DNA of 64,000 nucleotides, taken from Glaucostegus cemiculus. Lineage: Eukaryota. Both the position numbers and the translations under genes were made by a program. Under the pieces are notes generated by a model. It was not told where the DNA came from, made no database searches, and saw only the letters and a list, made by a program, of their open reading frames with translations. How positions within the stretch are numbered: the first letter of the stretch is position 1; each line of letters opens with the position of its first letter. Shown here piece after piece: positions 1 through 14,290 of the stretch. The stretch covers positions 10,726,001 to 10,790,000 of the forward strand of contig CDPCPM010000344.1 in the NCBI GenBank assembly GCA_976551045.1. The letters run 5' to 3'.

Positions 1-189
1 AATCTGTCATAGGAAGCTTGTCCAAGGAGGTGAGTTTGAAAGTGCTTGTAAAGGCAGATGTGTGTGGCGGAAAAGTCTAAGGTGAATGCACTGAAGATTA
101 GAACTGAAGCTACTGAATGATCTTTCACCTAAAACAGGTAAAAAAAATTGGAGAGAAAATAATGAGACAACCCTTTCCTTAATTCACTT

Positions 190-295
190 TTCAGGACGTG
201 GGTATTGCTGTCAAGGCCAGCATTTATTGCCTACCCCTAATTATCCTTGAGAAAGTGGTGGTGAGCCACCTTGAACTGCTGCAATCCTTCTAAAC
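190..295 (-). mobile_element. 3' end fragment of an ancient CR1/L2-clade LINE
   Basis: Reverse strand reads gctcaccaccactttctcaaggataattaggggtaggcaataaatgctggccttgacagc; related decayed copies at ~4380-4590 (+) and ~21890-22030 (+). Confidence 0.55.
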
Positions 296-1549
296 CATGG
301 AACTAGGAGGGAATCACAGGTTTCATGGAATCCTGCAAATGTAAGATAGAACTACCTTATGGAGGTGCAAATGTAATACTTCAGGAGCAAGATGTAATTG
401 GAGGTTATTGCAAACCGAAGGTGCAGTGGCATTGAATGCATGAAACTTAGGACAGGACAGGACACGAGCAGTATCTTTAATGAGAATTGATCAATGTCTG
501 AAAGAGAAAGGTAGTTCAACATTTATGGATTCCCAGCTGAAATGATAACCTCACCTTCCTCTTCAGATGCCTTTCCAACAATTTCTGTTTTTATTTTAAA
601 TTTCCAGCAATTCCAACTTGCCTATCTTCACCCTTTAAGCTAAGAGCCTTTGATTGAGGGTCCTACGTTGGACATATGTTTCAGGTAAAAGTTTCTATGT
701 GTCCAAAATTCTTCGCAATATACCTCCCGAGTTTTCTCTGTCCAACATTCCAGAAATGTTATTGCTCCAGCATGCTGCATGCCACTTTTGTTTAATATTG
801 AGCTTGTCTTGGAAGCTATGTTCCGCTCCTTAATGCAAGAGATAAAGTGTTGAAGGATTCTTGTCATTACCTGTATGGACCATTTAACAGGTTACAGTTT
901 TTGTACATATTGTGCACTGTTGCAGACTCACATCTTTCACTTGCAATGTTTCAGTTTGTAAAATTAGATCTTTAGAAGCACCTTGTCAAATAGTTCATTC
1001 GAGTTGATTGTGAAAATCAACAAAGCAACTGGAGAAAAATCCTATACATTAATAAACAATCTTTTTAACAACATAGAAATATTAAGGCTCATTTGGGTTT
1101 TGTTTAAATAGCTCCTGGCAATTGCCTAGAATTAAAGAGGGAAAAAAGAACTTGTCACAACAACCTGTTCTATGTTGCACGTTTAGTGCCCCAAGGCACT
1201 TCAGAGGAGTGTTATCAAACCAAATTTGCATGTAACCAACAGTTAGTTATTGTGCTTCAGGATGTCCTAATGAATATATAATGTACACAAAATGTATAAA
1301 GAACTTTGTTTCCTAGTGCATATTTCCAACATAGTGTTGGTGGTGTTAATGTCTGCTTTACTACCTACTCCTCCCTTCAGTGGTAGAGAGAGAATAAAAC
1401 AAGATGCATTTGAGAGAAGCAAGAGGAATCTGCTCCAGCAAATGTTTGTAAACTGCGACAGCAGTCTGGATACTTTGTCTAAGTGAGGGAAATATTCATG
1501 GGATCTATAGAGAATACGAAAGTGAAGGGAGTTACAGACTCATTAGCCA

Positions 1550-2200
1550 GCAATGAATCACCTGATGGTGGACTCCCTCCTGTATTACTCCAGAAAGGAA
1601 AAAGAATTCCTGCAGAATCTCAAGGCCTCCACCTTTTGTCTCAAAGTTTCCTTCTTGATCTTTCGCTACTCCAACAATGATTCCACTCTATGAATTTGTA
1701 TTTTTTTTGCAGATCAAGGGAATATAAGCAGGTGAACAGTTCATCTGGTTCTCGGGAAGGATTGTGTGGTGAGAAAACTAGGAAACCAGTAATGTCTGCA
1801 AGTCCCTTTGCCTACAATACTACCTGATCGCCACTGAGGTCAGTGTAGAAGATCTCATCTATCCATGAACACAGTGCCTGCATGACTACTCTGATGCAGA
1901 AATGGGCAGTAAATTAGGAGACACGGCAGAAATACCTTGAAGGATCCTGTAGTGAGGACATCGAGAATTAATGGAAAGAGCAGTCCAGGCACAAGGGTAT
2001 ATCTGTAGGTCTTTCTGCAGCAACTCATACATCTCTGTGAAGACAGCCTTGGAAAACCTGAGCCTATGAATACATTGTTCATCAGAGAGGTCCAGGTAAG
2101 ATGTGGTGACTCTTAAGACTACATAGGAATGTAGATACATGTTTTTGGCTCCCATCTTGAGGTTCCCAACCCACCTTGCCTGGCCAGTTATTTCCATACT
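1550..2200 (-). mobile_element. Decayed PIF/Harbinger (HARBI1-like) transposase relic
   Basis: Frameshifted minus-strand ORFs give SYLDLSDEQCIHRLRFSKAVFTEMYELLQKDLQ and LDVLTTGSF, resembling the N-terminal HTH region of Harbinger transposases. Confidence 0.65.
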
Positions 2201-4670
2201 GATATATCTCGTGATGGGACTGTTGCTAGCAGTATCACCACTGAATGAAAGTCTTAGCAGCTAAATGCCGGAGTAAACATTCACTGATTGCTCATTCAGT
2301 GGATTTTAGAAGCTGTCTGAGCAGCCTAGAGTCAGATCTAAAGCTGCCCATTCAGGCCTACCTATATGAGGAATGTGTCTTTAAATTATGTAACGAACAA
2401 TAAATGTAGCTTAATATGTCCCTTCTGGCACTGTGACTATTCAATGACATTCAAAAGTTGCCCTTATAAATTTTAACTTATGGCAGCAAAGGCAGAATTA
2501 GGTGATGAATAAGTTGTGATGTCATTGAGTGCATGTCTGATGTCAGAAAGACATCAGGCACCTGAATGTGATGACACCCTAATATGATAAAATCCAATTT
2601 CCCAATGGGTGCCTTTTCAACCAGAAATTATATTTCACCACCTTAATCTAACCCGGGTTAATTCACTACTTGCACACAAGCAATGGGCATTATCCAATCC
2701 AATTTGTAGACTTTTGTCTTCTACATTATATGTCTTCATCTGGTCATCTGCATTTCCTTTGGTGGCTGCTGAAATACCTTCAAAAATTTACTACTGGTAA
2801 CATTAATGTGTATTAGACTGTACACTAAAATAATTTTCATTGCACAATGTACAATGATTAAATGAAACTCTTTATTCTAGAGTAAACTGATTGCATTTTC
2901 AAAGGAGACAAATGTGAGGATGTCAATACACTTGATTGAAAGTTGCAGCAACAGACTTTGAAACACACAGTAAATGTATCATCAAGTAGGTGTTCTAGCT
3001 CCAAAGAAAGCAATGTGAATTGGTCAGCTCTCCTTAGCAATACATTTGATACTTGCTTGCTGTGGACTGCCAATTGACCAATGTTACAAATGCCCCTTGA
3101 CTATAACTGTAAGGAGCCAGTGTTATAGAATTTGAGTATCTTGGTGACTAACCACAGGTGCTGACATGTCTCTGAAATAAGATCCATGTCTGGGGAAAAC
3201 AGTTTTGGTATTGCCACACAATGAAGATGCAGCTCTCTTCAGCAATTGTCATCCTGGTCTGTTTTACAGAGGTTCTCAGTTGCTAGACACTGCTTATGAC
3301 TTCCAGTTAGGCTGTCCCAATGAAGCTCTTGCTAATCCTTGCCTTGTTCCTCTTCACATGATGAAATTGCATATAAGGTTAGAAGAAGAAATGAGGAAGA
3401 ACAAATCTGCAAGAACAATACAGAACCAATTAGCAAAAGCAAGGTGACAATGCAGTAACAAGGAAAAAAGAGACTTCAGCTTTAGCCCATGCTTAGGAGG
3501 TAACTATTAGATTCACTTCCGAAGGTCGTTAGCCGCTTCTCAGCACTAACTGTGCCTTTAAAGTCAGCATTCCTTTCAAAACCACACCCAGCAAGAAGGG
3601 GAAACTGAGCATGGGAATAATATTTAATGATTCGTATGTAACAGCAATTTACACTTCATTCACAGGAAAACATGAATATTTCCTTTTTACAGAAAGGGAG
3701 TTGACATTATGATATCCCAATCCAGCTAACCTTACGTGACACCCAAAAGAAGAATAAATATGAAGAACATCCAAGTCAACAAATCTAATGAATGTTAAAA
3801 ATGACCAGCATGAGTCAGAATCACTTGTTTCATGGCATCTGTTTGAAATAATTTGGATTTATACGTGAATATATCCAGCTGAGACTCAAGTGTTACATTA
3901 GTTCAAATGGAAATTCATCAACTTCCAACATGAATTCAACAAGTTGTTCTGTCTTGTCACCAGAGTTTGAGGTGAGTGGAATGAAGCTTCTTGTACCAGG
4001 AATAGAGGTGAGCTAGGATGAATAGCTTCTGATTAATAATTTTTGAAGTATTATGATGCTGATCGATAGGGTATATAACTTGCGGCAAGTCTCATTTGTA
4101 GTACTGAAGCCTCAGATCTACCTTTCGCCTTTGTAGAATGAATACCACTTGGGGAACCTTCCCCTAGCATTTTAAATATTTTGCTGTTATTTCAAAAATT
4201 GGATATTTAATGCCATAATATTTTTATACTTTTAAAAAATTATGTTAACAAATAGATGCATGCAGTATTCCAGGACAAAGTGATCTTCTTAATTGGCATC
4301 AAATTCTGCAACCAAAACATTCATCTCCTTCACCACATGGCTGTGTTGTGTACTATGTACTTCCGATAGCACCTCCCAATTCTACAAAGAAAGAAAAAGA
4401 AACAGATCCCTTTATTGATTTGGGGGAATATTGTCCTTCCTTCATCTAAATTCTAAAATCGAAATTCTGGAACATCCAACCCCATGGCTGAAGCCATTCA
4501 AGAAGGTGACTTACCGTCATCTTCTCATGTGAAGTTAGGGATGGTTGATAACTAAATTTCTTGCTAATGACACACATATCCTTTAAATAATAATGTTTGG
4601 ACAGGAACAAACTATTGGTTAATTTTGTCTATGGTTCCTAAAGCTGACATCAGTTTTCTTACAGTGCATC

Positions 4671-5067
4671 TGTCATGATTCTGAGTACTGGCCCTTGATT
4701 TGGTTCCTTAGATGCCTCATTGTACAGCACATGGATTCCATGCTGGACTGATTGCCTAATGACACACACCTGAGCCCCATCAGGGGCCTAGCATAAGTAC
4801 CTGGGTTTCTCTAGCACTAGTTGCCAGAGTATTGGTCAACCTTTGGCTCCTTGCTGCTTAGAGTGGTCAACTCTAGAGCAGTCCTGCATTTTCTAGTCCT
4901 GCTTGAAGATTCAGTTTGTGTTGGGATGACTACTCAGATCTCTGAGGCAAGATTCCTTCCAGTTGCTGTCTGTGTTTGGTCCTGAGGAAGTATCCTGACT
5001 CCAGTCTTGTACCTGTGTGCTGCATTTGGGTTCTCTGTGAGCTTGCTCTTTAATCAACATTGTGACA
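4671..5067. mobile_element. Solo LTR (397 bp) with 5-bp target-site duplication
   Basis: Termini TGTCA...TGACA; flanked by GCATC at 4666-4670 and 5068-5072. Confidence 0.85.
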
Positions 5068-5959
5068 GCATCTAACCCTGAATCTTCTTTATTAACAGGA
5101 ATTCATTCTTTAAAACCTGCCAGGGTTTACCATTCTGCTATCCTTGCTAGTAATCTGTTCCCTGTTTCTATCACTCACTCAATATATTGCCTCAATTTCT
5201 TATTTAATTTTAATATCCTTAATTATATACAGTGAGATAATGCATCAGCTGCCTAATGAAGTGACAGACTGTATATTTTATTCCATAAGGAACTGGCTTG
5301 CTGTATGTTGATGTACATTTTTGGAGAAAGTGATGAGTGATATACCTCCAGAAAGGTAGAGTAATCAAAAAAAACCTCAGTCAGCCATTTTCTATTGATG
5401 TTTGGGGGGCAAGAAGCCTGAAGAAGAACAAGAGGGAGGAAAGTCAAAGGAAGAATTAGAAGTTAATATATTCTTCAGTCAGTGATGCTATAAATTCTAA
5501 TTTCAAGATTAACCCATGATTACAGTCCCAACATATCACTAATAGCCCAACTTTTGCCTTCATTATGATATTTTGACATTAACTAAGTAATTAGGGATTA
5601 ATAATAATATTTCCTCTCTACTTCCACCATGAGTTAATCAATTCAACCAACTTTGACTACCTCTCATCATTGCTCCCTCCAATATATTGAAACCAAGGCC
5701 CTCTCTTACTTCTGTTCTAAGATCCATTACTCTTGTTTTCCTTTTAAAAAAAAAATAAATAAATAACAGACTTTCAAAACCCAAATTTGGGATTATCTAC
5801 CTCATCAATTGTAATTTCAATACAGTACAGAATTTAACCTACAACTAAAACTAAATCCATGATCTAGACAGGAAAAAAAACTTTCTGATTGACTACTGTT
5901 GTTGTTCATATGTCTTCCTTGGATCTCATAGACATAAAAGCTGAAGCAATACATTCATT

Positions 5960-6355
5960 AGATTGAGACAATTGTCCTGTGAGGAAAGATTGAGTAGTTT
6001 GGGTTTGTGTTCTCTGTGGTTTCGAAGAATAAGTGGTGAAGCATTAGTGTAAACTAGGGAATATGCTGTCAGGATAAAGGGTCGGACATTAATGACAGAG
6101 ATAAGGAGGAACTCCTCTCAGAGGGCTTGAATCTTTGGCATTCTCTATTTTGGACGGTAGCAGATGCTGAATCACTAAATAATTCAAGGGTGAGACAGAT
6201 ACATTTTTGGACAATGGGAGAATCAGGGGATATAGGAATAAAGCAGAAAACTAAAGTTAAGGCTAATGATCAGATCAGCCATAATCTTATTAAAGCAGAT
6301 TTGATGAATCAACGGGCCTCCTTCTCTCCCACAATGATTCTATGACTGTGTTCTT
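5960..6355 (+). mobile_element. Decayed CR1 LINE 3' end
   Basis: Residual NLWHSL motif followed by a gatcagccat...gggcct...ctatgac CR1-type tail. Confidence 0.65.
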
Positions 6356-8849
6356 ATATAACCTACTTAGATACAATGAATATGTCTGTCCCTTTTGGCT
6401 CCCCTCTCCAGAATGTGTTAATCCTTCCTACATGTGGTTTCAGGAGTATCAAATGATCTTCAGTCGGTTGTTGAAGAAACATTCTTCATATGTGAGCCTA
6501 GACAATAAATGACAGTGCTATCACATTGAAGTGCTAAGTCCAAAGAAAACAAAATCAAGCGGGCAGCTCATATACACCGTAGGTTGTTTACTTGCCTGCC
6601 ATTTTCTGTCTGTTGTCTGATGTAGCAAATATCTCCTATTCTACTTGAAAGTAAACAGTGGCACAGAAGTTAAGTGCTGTGGTGACGTAACAGGCATCAT
6701 GGCAAAATTTGATCCTGTCCTTCCCAAGATTTATATATCCATATTCCAATATGGAAAGTAATCTGTAACAGGAACTTTGACCAATTTTCCTGCAGTTAAC
6801 GTGGAGACTGAGTTCATTTGAGGCTGCTTTTTCCCTTGCACTGCCCTGCCTGAAGTCAGGCAGTATTTGGAGTAACTCACTAATCAGAAAGCGGTACCAC
6901 CCTGGAGTGGCAAATAGAAAGTTTTCTGATATGGAAATGTTGTACTATATTTAATGGGGTTTCACTGGAATATACTGTCTCTAACTTTCAGAAATACAAA
7001 CAGCTATGATATAAACAGTCCTTTTCCTGTAAGTACCTAATGTGTAATTATCTTCCTCTACAAAACAGTCCTTGCTGTTAAGTTGTTTGAAAATGCATAT
7101 TTTATAAGAAATTGTTAATTTAACTGTTTAAAATTAAGTCTCTCTTTATTTCACTTTACCACAATGTGTTTGGCATGTGGCCCAGTGGTCGGTAGTAAAT
7201 CAGTGGCTTTTCAATTTCTGTGGATTTGATTAATATGGGTGCCGAGCCAGCTCTTTATAAAGTGATAACAGGAGCCCTGCACTTCCTCAGATTGGGCACT
7301 GGGAAAGGACAGCACAAAAGATTAAGACAAATGAAACTTGGAAAGTGGTTTCTAGTAAAAAGCTGACTGATTTCTCCTAGAAATAAGTCATGTCTTACAG
7401 TGAACCATAAGGTCAACACTCATCTTTCCCCTTACCTTGAGTCTGAGGGTAAGAACAAGGTAAAGTTAACCATGAAATATGTAGTATTATCACTTGTACA
7501 AGGATCTAGATTTATTTTAAATTGGGTTTCTGTTAAAACTTTGAGTCTTTCAGTAACATCATTTGTGTTATGCCTTTGATGTAATAGAATCCCCCAAGGC
7601 AACTAGAATGGGAGAGAAAAACACAATGTAGTAGTTTGTGAACCACTCTATTATATTATGTCTGTTGTATTAATGTAGACAGTAATTTATATTTGCTAGA
7701 TTAATATCTCATTTAGAACTGTCAATATATGACTACATGCTGCTTGATGGATTAACATTACAGTTAAACCAGCTAATAAGGAATGTACTCACTGTAAATT
7801 GTTGCTTAATTATATACAAGGTTATATCTATTCCTTAACAATAAAATAAAATTGATTTTCCATACCTTGTATCTATTTTATATTCTACTTATAGACCCTT
7901 TGGATGGTTGTGAAGTAAATACAATGACGTTTAATAAGAAAACATTGTAAACTCATCTTACTCAGAACAAAAAGTAAAACTACAAATGGTATAAATCTGA
8001 AACAAACAATGTTACCAATAAGTTCCTGAAAAGGAGTCTAATGTCTTAGGAGTAACTTTTCATCATTTACGTTGGTCAAACTGTAAGTGTTCTGACCGAG
8101 TGACTTAAACAGAAATAAAATTGTCAAAAACGTTACTTACAAAGCACCATAGTCTGTTCCAGTATGGCATTAACAAGAAAATTCTATTCTAAATAGCTAT
8201 GCCCTCATCCCAAAGTGTGTCCCAAAGCAGATCAATGTCAGCACTGTCATTAACCAATATCAAAAATATGAGCGCAAGTTTAATTGCATATGTGCTATTT
8301 ATTTTTAGTATAATGATTAATGCATTTGTGTTAAATTCCTGTCTGCACTATTTTAATGCAGTTCTTAACTCATTGAAAATAAACAGGCTTAAAGTACTGT
8401 TAAAGTAGCTAAACTTGTAACAGCAGGAGGATTTCACCCCCCAGTATATCTGTCTCACTATCTCAGAACCTTTCCCATATTTGACCAGACTCAAGTTTTC
8501 ATTTCTCACACAACTTATTCCTGTTGTCTTCCTAAACTTTTATTATTTCAATACTTTTGCTAATCTTCTGCCTCTTTCTCAGGTCAAATTTCCTTCAACA
8601 CCAGCTGCCCACCCCCTCCCCCTTAATGTTACTCATCCAAATCTGCAGAGTTTAAAACCCACTATTCTTTGGGTCTATTTGATTCAAGGCTTGTGTTTGG
8701 GATCATGCTGAATAAAAATAGACATTATGGGTTTTTTTGTTCTATAAAGGTGAGGAATTTGGTGCTAGAAATGGAACAGACTAATTTCAAGCACTCCCAG
8801 GTCAAATATAGTATTGTAAGTTGTAACACGACTGGATATGCATGTTTAA

Positions 8850-9092
8850 TTCTAATATATTCTTTTTTCAGTTTCTGCCATCATTCTATTTGTCACATAA
8901 CTACTTCTGCCTTCCATCTTATCACAGACCTTCTTCATGTTTCCTTCCCTCCCCAGCTTCCTTCTCTGCTTCTGAACTTGCACTAAAAACTTGTGTCTCT
9001 AACTTCCTCTACTTCTGATAAAAGATCAACTGTCTGAAACATTGGCTAACTGATGCTGCTTGGCCTGGTGAATGTTTCCAGCATTTTCTGTT
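8850..9092 (+). mobile_element. Penelope-like element terminal fragment
   Basis: ttctgataaaagatc...ctgaaac...tgatgctgcttggcctggtgaatgtttccagcattttctg; same family as 30295-30700 and 56010-56330, in the opposite orientation. Confidence 0.5.
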
Positions 9093-9894
9093 AGTCATAG
9101 TTATCATAATGTTATTTATAACATGGTTAAATTTAATTTGATAACAATCTGGTGAAAACCTTAGTTTTACATTAAAGTTAAGTTGTTGTTAATTTGTCTT
9201 GCCTTACTATGGATTCCAGTGCCCTGGCTCTTGTTTCTCATAATAGACCTCAGAAGAATGCTTGCTCTAGTCTAAGGATTTCCCAAAGTGAGATTTTAGC
9301 TTCATGTTATGAATCAGAAGGCTTGTGTCTAATTTCCAATCCAAACAGCCATAGTGAATGCAGATGGGCTGGATTGTTTACAGTCAATCATATGAGGCAC
9401 TGCACCTGATGGGTGCAGCAACTTCAACCCTTTATAGTAAAGCATGATCACAACCCAACAAGAGGTAAGTAATCTGATGAAAACTTAAATAGGAAACCAT
9501 CCCATCCATAGTAGGTGGCTCAAGGCTCAAATGAGAACCTGACTTAGGAAAAAATGGCAAAACAGAGCTAGGCAAAAACCTAGGTGGATGGACCATTGGC
9601 ATGTGAACTAAAACTACTCAAAACCATCTGACGTCTAAAGACGAGAGACTTTAATCCAATCAATTTGGAAGTGATTTGAATTTGGGCTCTATTTTTGTTC
9701 AGGATGGATGCAACAAATTCAAAAGATTTGACATCTATTCTATTGAATGATAAGCCTCCCAATATTGCCATTTATTCCTAAGTGCTAGTGTTTTCATCCT
9801 ACAAAGTGGTTTTATCTTAAAATGTTCAGATATTCACAGAAATGAAAACTGAACTCCACCTTCATGAAGGGCCACAAAGGAATTCCCTCTTAAA

Positions 9895-11135
9895 GGTGTC
9901 ATAAGGTTTATACTGACAATGGAGAAGAGCAGGGGAATGTGGTAGATATCATCTATATAGATTTTCAGAAGGTGTTTAACAAAATCCTATATATATATAT
10001 ATATAAAAAAAAAGTAGGTTACCAAAATTGAGATCCAAGGAATAAATGGGGCATTGGCAGCCTGGATAAGAAATTGGTCTAAGGTCAGAGAGCAGAGTAT
10101 CGTGGGAAACAGTATTTTCTATTTTCAGATAGGAGGATAGCAGACAGTGATGTTCCCCAGGAGTCAGATTAGGGGCTGCTATTTTTTGACAATATTGACA
10201 GCTTTGATGCGAGTTTTCAGGGTGAAATTTCACATTTTTGAGATGACACCAAATTTGGAGATGTGGTTCACAGTGAGAAGGATAGTAACAAATAGGCAAT
10301 AAATAGGCTGGTAGAGAACATACAGACAAATGTGAACTGAAACATTTTGGCAGAAAGAACAGGGAAAAACCCAGCAGACTAACATCTGAAATTCCTCATT
10401 CCTGGAAAGATTTTAGTCAATCTTTTCTGCACCTTGTCCTTCTTAAAGTCTGGTGACCAGAACTGGGTAGTTCATTTCTAAAGGGTGGTGTGGACACTGA
10501 TTGACATGGGTATGCATGTGTATGAATCCTTGAAAGAAGCAGGACTGGCTGAGAAAGGATCTTCAGCTTCATAAGTAGAGGAATATAAAACAAAAGCAGG
10601 GAGGTTATGTTGAATCTTTATAAAACACTGTGCAGGATACAACTGGACTATTCCACCCAGTTCTGGTCACCAGACTTTAAGAAGGACAAGGTGCAGAAAA
10701 GATTGACTAAAATCTTTCCAGGAATGAGGAATTTCAGTTACTTTACAATGGAGAAGCTAGGGTTGTCCTCCTTGGAGGAAAGAAGGTTGAGAGGAGATTT
10801 GATACAAATGTATAGGAACATGCTGGACTTGCATAGAAAAGTTATACTTATTAGCAGATGTTAAAGGATCATGACACATAGGTTGAAAACAATGAAGAAA
10901 TTCTACAGGGGGGATCTGAAGAAAATCTTTTATTGGCAGAGAATGTTCATGGTCTTGAACTCACTGTCTGTAAGGATGCTGGAAGCAGTTATTCAAAGTT
11001 TTCAAAATGACTAGTATAGGCAATTGAGTGAAGAAAGTGAGGGAATGTGACTGAATGCATTCCTCTGCAAAGAGCTGGCATCAAGTCAATGAGCTGAATG
11101 GCCTCTTTCTATACTACAATGATTATGATTCAACG
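9895..11135 (+). mobile_element. Decayed CR1 LINE (RT to 3' tail)
   Basis: VDIIYIDFQK (~9940), DDTKFG (~10240), MLNLYKTL...QFWSP...LEERRLRGDLIQMY (10607-10864); many stops and frameshifts. Confidence 0.85.
10386..10737. repeat. Perfect 83-bp inverted repeat (10386-10468 / 10655-10737)
   Basis: Base-by-base reverse-complement identity of both arms; 186-bp spacer. Confidence 0.95.
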
Positions 11136-13084
11136 ATTAAAGGTGATTTGTCATTCATTTTGAAGTATTTCTCCAAACTCAGTTTTTCAAGCAGGTTGTG
11201 CTGAAAAGCAAGCACTGTAAGTGTTCTCTATAATACTCCAATATTTTCAGACTTATCAGATTGTTTTTATTTTTTTGTAAAAAGGAACCTTAATATTAAA
11301 GAGAATGAATGGAATATTTGTCTATATTTTGCAATCAATTGTATTCTGGATCTCCTGAGACCAGGTAAATCTGACTCATTTCATGAAATCAATATGCCTT
11401 GACTGCAACTTCAGAAGATTATCTGCGACTGAGCCAGTACGGCATTTCCAATTCCCATGCCAACCATCTTTAAGATAAATTCAATGATGAAGAATGTGGA
11501 ATGACTTGATACAGTGCAGAGAAGATTGACAAAGAGATTCCATTGATATAGCACCTTCCACAGCATGAGAACATTGCAAAGAATTAAAAACTTTTCACCC
11601 AGAATTTTTGAGTTATTGAAAAGTGAACATTCATTCAACAGTAAATCTGTTGGATTGGAACACTTCCAGACGTGAGACTGTTGTCTTCCAATGTAGTTCC
11701 TTTACTAACTAAAATGTTTTTAAGAAGTTTGAATTGACACATTATCACCATGAAATCTATGTGCCACAATAGTGATTATAAATAGCCTGAAAAGCAAGTT
11801 ATCTTCCAATCTGATATATCAGTTGCACTTCTTCCCTCCATGAACAGCCCTTTCAAAGTGTGAGGATCAGTTAGCTTTGTATTCCTTCACTCTCCCCTCC
11901 TGATATCTGACTGTCAGGAGAGGAGAGTTTACCCCTGGGAATATGCCATCCAGAGCCCTGATTAAGTTTAATTCAGATCACCACACTGTGATACACCACA
12001 AAGTGATCAGCCTCTGTCAGAAACTTCAACCTTCTGCACCAAATTTTGATCAATCTTCATCCTCTCTCCTATAATTCACAACATTACTAACCCTTAGCAA
12101 AGATCCCTTCTTTGAGCTATGTGCAGTTAAATCATAAATGTATTTAAATAAAAATGAAATTGTTCTATGTGGGATGCATATGGCCATTTCACCATGGAAT
12201 AATTGTGATTATTTTTGCAAAAGATTCTACAGAGTGCAATTATCTGCTGTCTTATGAATGCTATTTTAGAAAGTATCCTAGAATTTGGATTCAATTATGC
12301 ATGTTTCTCCTGTGCTAATAGTGCATAAAGGCAATTTTAGCCAGCATAGATTCCATGAATGATCATTTCCACTGGCAATTACACCCATTGGAAAACTGAT
12401 TGTGGGTGATTCACCTCAGCACAACCAATGTTTTCCCAGTGTCAGTTACCCACCTAATGTTGTCACAGATCACACAGCACACCATTCCTCAATTGCTTAG
12501 CATATATTGGAGCTATTTTGTGCAACCTATGACCTGTGTTGATCACTCACAGAAAAACTGAAGAGTGGGTTGTGCAAAGAGCTGACAATTAAAGGCTCTG
12601 CATTGTAACAGCATCTGCCAGATGGAAAGTGCATCAGTGGTGACCCCTTCACAGCTTTTTTGTACAACTGTATGTTGCACTCACCAGCCCCTTGATCAGT
12701 GCACATCCGTCGTCAGCCTTGGCTTACAGAAATCAGTCAGGACAGACTCTCATGTGCAGGTGGGGGGAATGCCCAAACGTACGGGATATTGGCACACTCC
12801 CCCTCCACCATGTTTTCCCTCACCTCTATGGTTGCCTTTGAGGCAGCTGTTCAATGGGAGGGTACTTTAAAAATGGACCTGCTTCCCAGCAATCAGCACA
12901 GCAAGAGCATACCAGCTCGGAGTTCCTGATGCAACTGCTGAGAGGAATTGCACCGGTCTTATTTAAGAACATGATCCTTGTGCAAAACACCATTGCACTT
13001 GTTTTTAATATATTTTTGCCCGATTTCACCCAGGGTGGACGATACAATTGGGTGTTAGCACTGCACTGAGAACACACATTTCTT

Positions 13085-13395
13085 CTTTTTCTCAGGAGCC
13101 CTGGGATCGAGGATGACTACCTCAGTTTTACAGGTTCTGAGGTGAGGAATGAGACCAATGTAGGAAGCACAGGGGTTTCCACAGACGGGGCAGGAGCTGC
13201 CTGAGGGAGTGGGAGAATGAGGTGGCGCACTGCCTAAATGGGGCCTCAACATTCCAGATATTGTCTTGGATGCCCCCTTCCCCACTTCCATAGGGTCATG
13301 GAGCCAAAGGATTCCCAGGAATCAGTGTGTTGTTGCAAAGGAGGCGTTGAGTACATCCTAGGATCTTTCCCACTGTCCGCCTCCTCCCAGAAGAG
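13085..13395 (-). mobile_element. RTE-clade LINE 3' fragment
   Basis: Minus ORF SCPVCGNPCASYIGLIPHLRTC resembles the C-terminal C2H2-like motif of RTE ORF2; related to 44800-45960. Confidence 0.7.
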
Positions 13396-13419
13396 AAAGA
13401 AATACATTTTTGTTTCTAG

Positions 13420-14290
13420 GCAGATGTTTGCAAAGATGGGTGCGTTATCGAGTCAAGTGGAACGCTATCAGCTCTTTGTTCCTGGACTGGAAATTAGGGA
13501 AAGGAGGCATTCTGCCGCTCTTGGTCGCTAATTTATGATCGGCGCTCGGAAGTGTGAACGCTGGGTGAGAACAGGCTCACCCTTGGCTTGGCTCTGATGT
13601 GCTGCACACAAGTAGCGCGGCTGCTGAAGGCTCGCACGAACTGCGGCGGACTGGATGCCCGTGTAAGCTTACGAATTACCTGCTACCCAGCCAGCGCAGG
13701 GCAAAAGGAATTTGGTGTGGACTAAGTTCTGAGTCTTTAAGGGGAGAAATGCGAGCTCCAAAGGGGTGAGAAATCTAGTGATCGTCATTCTATTTGACTT
13801 CTCTCCCTCTGCCGGCTGGGGCAGTGCTTTTCTCTTCCGATCTCCCAGTGTATTCACTGTCAGATGGTGCTCCTGTTAGTGTATCAGTGACTCATCTATA
13901 AACCACACACAGCGGCGAATGGAAGCAGCCTTTGGGGCTGATTGACGCGGTGGCCGGTCCAACCGGGTGCTGCCTTCCCCGCCCCCGGGGAGGCTCTGTG
14001 CCCGATCAGGGATCCGAGCGGGGCTCGGCTCGCCTCTTCGCATTCTCCTGCTCACCCAGCGTAGGCGCAACATCCCACGGATACCAGCCTTCGACAGTGC
14101 ACCGGGACTCGCAGCGCTCCCTGCTGCCTCAACAACCTAACCAGAGCTCGCTTGGACCGGGGCTGGAGCTCCACCGAACCTCCGCTAAACGCACAGCACA
14201 GCCCTCGACCGTGCCATTTCACCAGAAATCACTCATAACCACACTCAAACAGCACTTAGAGGCGATCTCTCCGTCCGTAAATAGTTATAT
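13420..14290 (+). promoter_or_regulatory. CpG-rich Wnt4 promoter / 5' region
   Basis: CpG-dense relative to the AT-rich flanks; AP-1 site TGACTCA at 13888-13894, TATAAA at 13897-13902 and GC box CCCCGCCCC at 13977-13985, all upstream of the Wnt4 ATG. Confidence 0.7.

Noticed and set aside
8990-9050. Hammerhead ribozyme in Penelope termini (also ~30355-30385 and ~56080-56115)
   Set aside because: Catalytic cores are broken: CTGATAA here, CTGATGA without a following GAAA at 30.37 kb, and CTGATGT with no GAAA at 56.1 kb. These are remnants at best.
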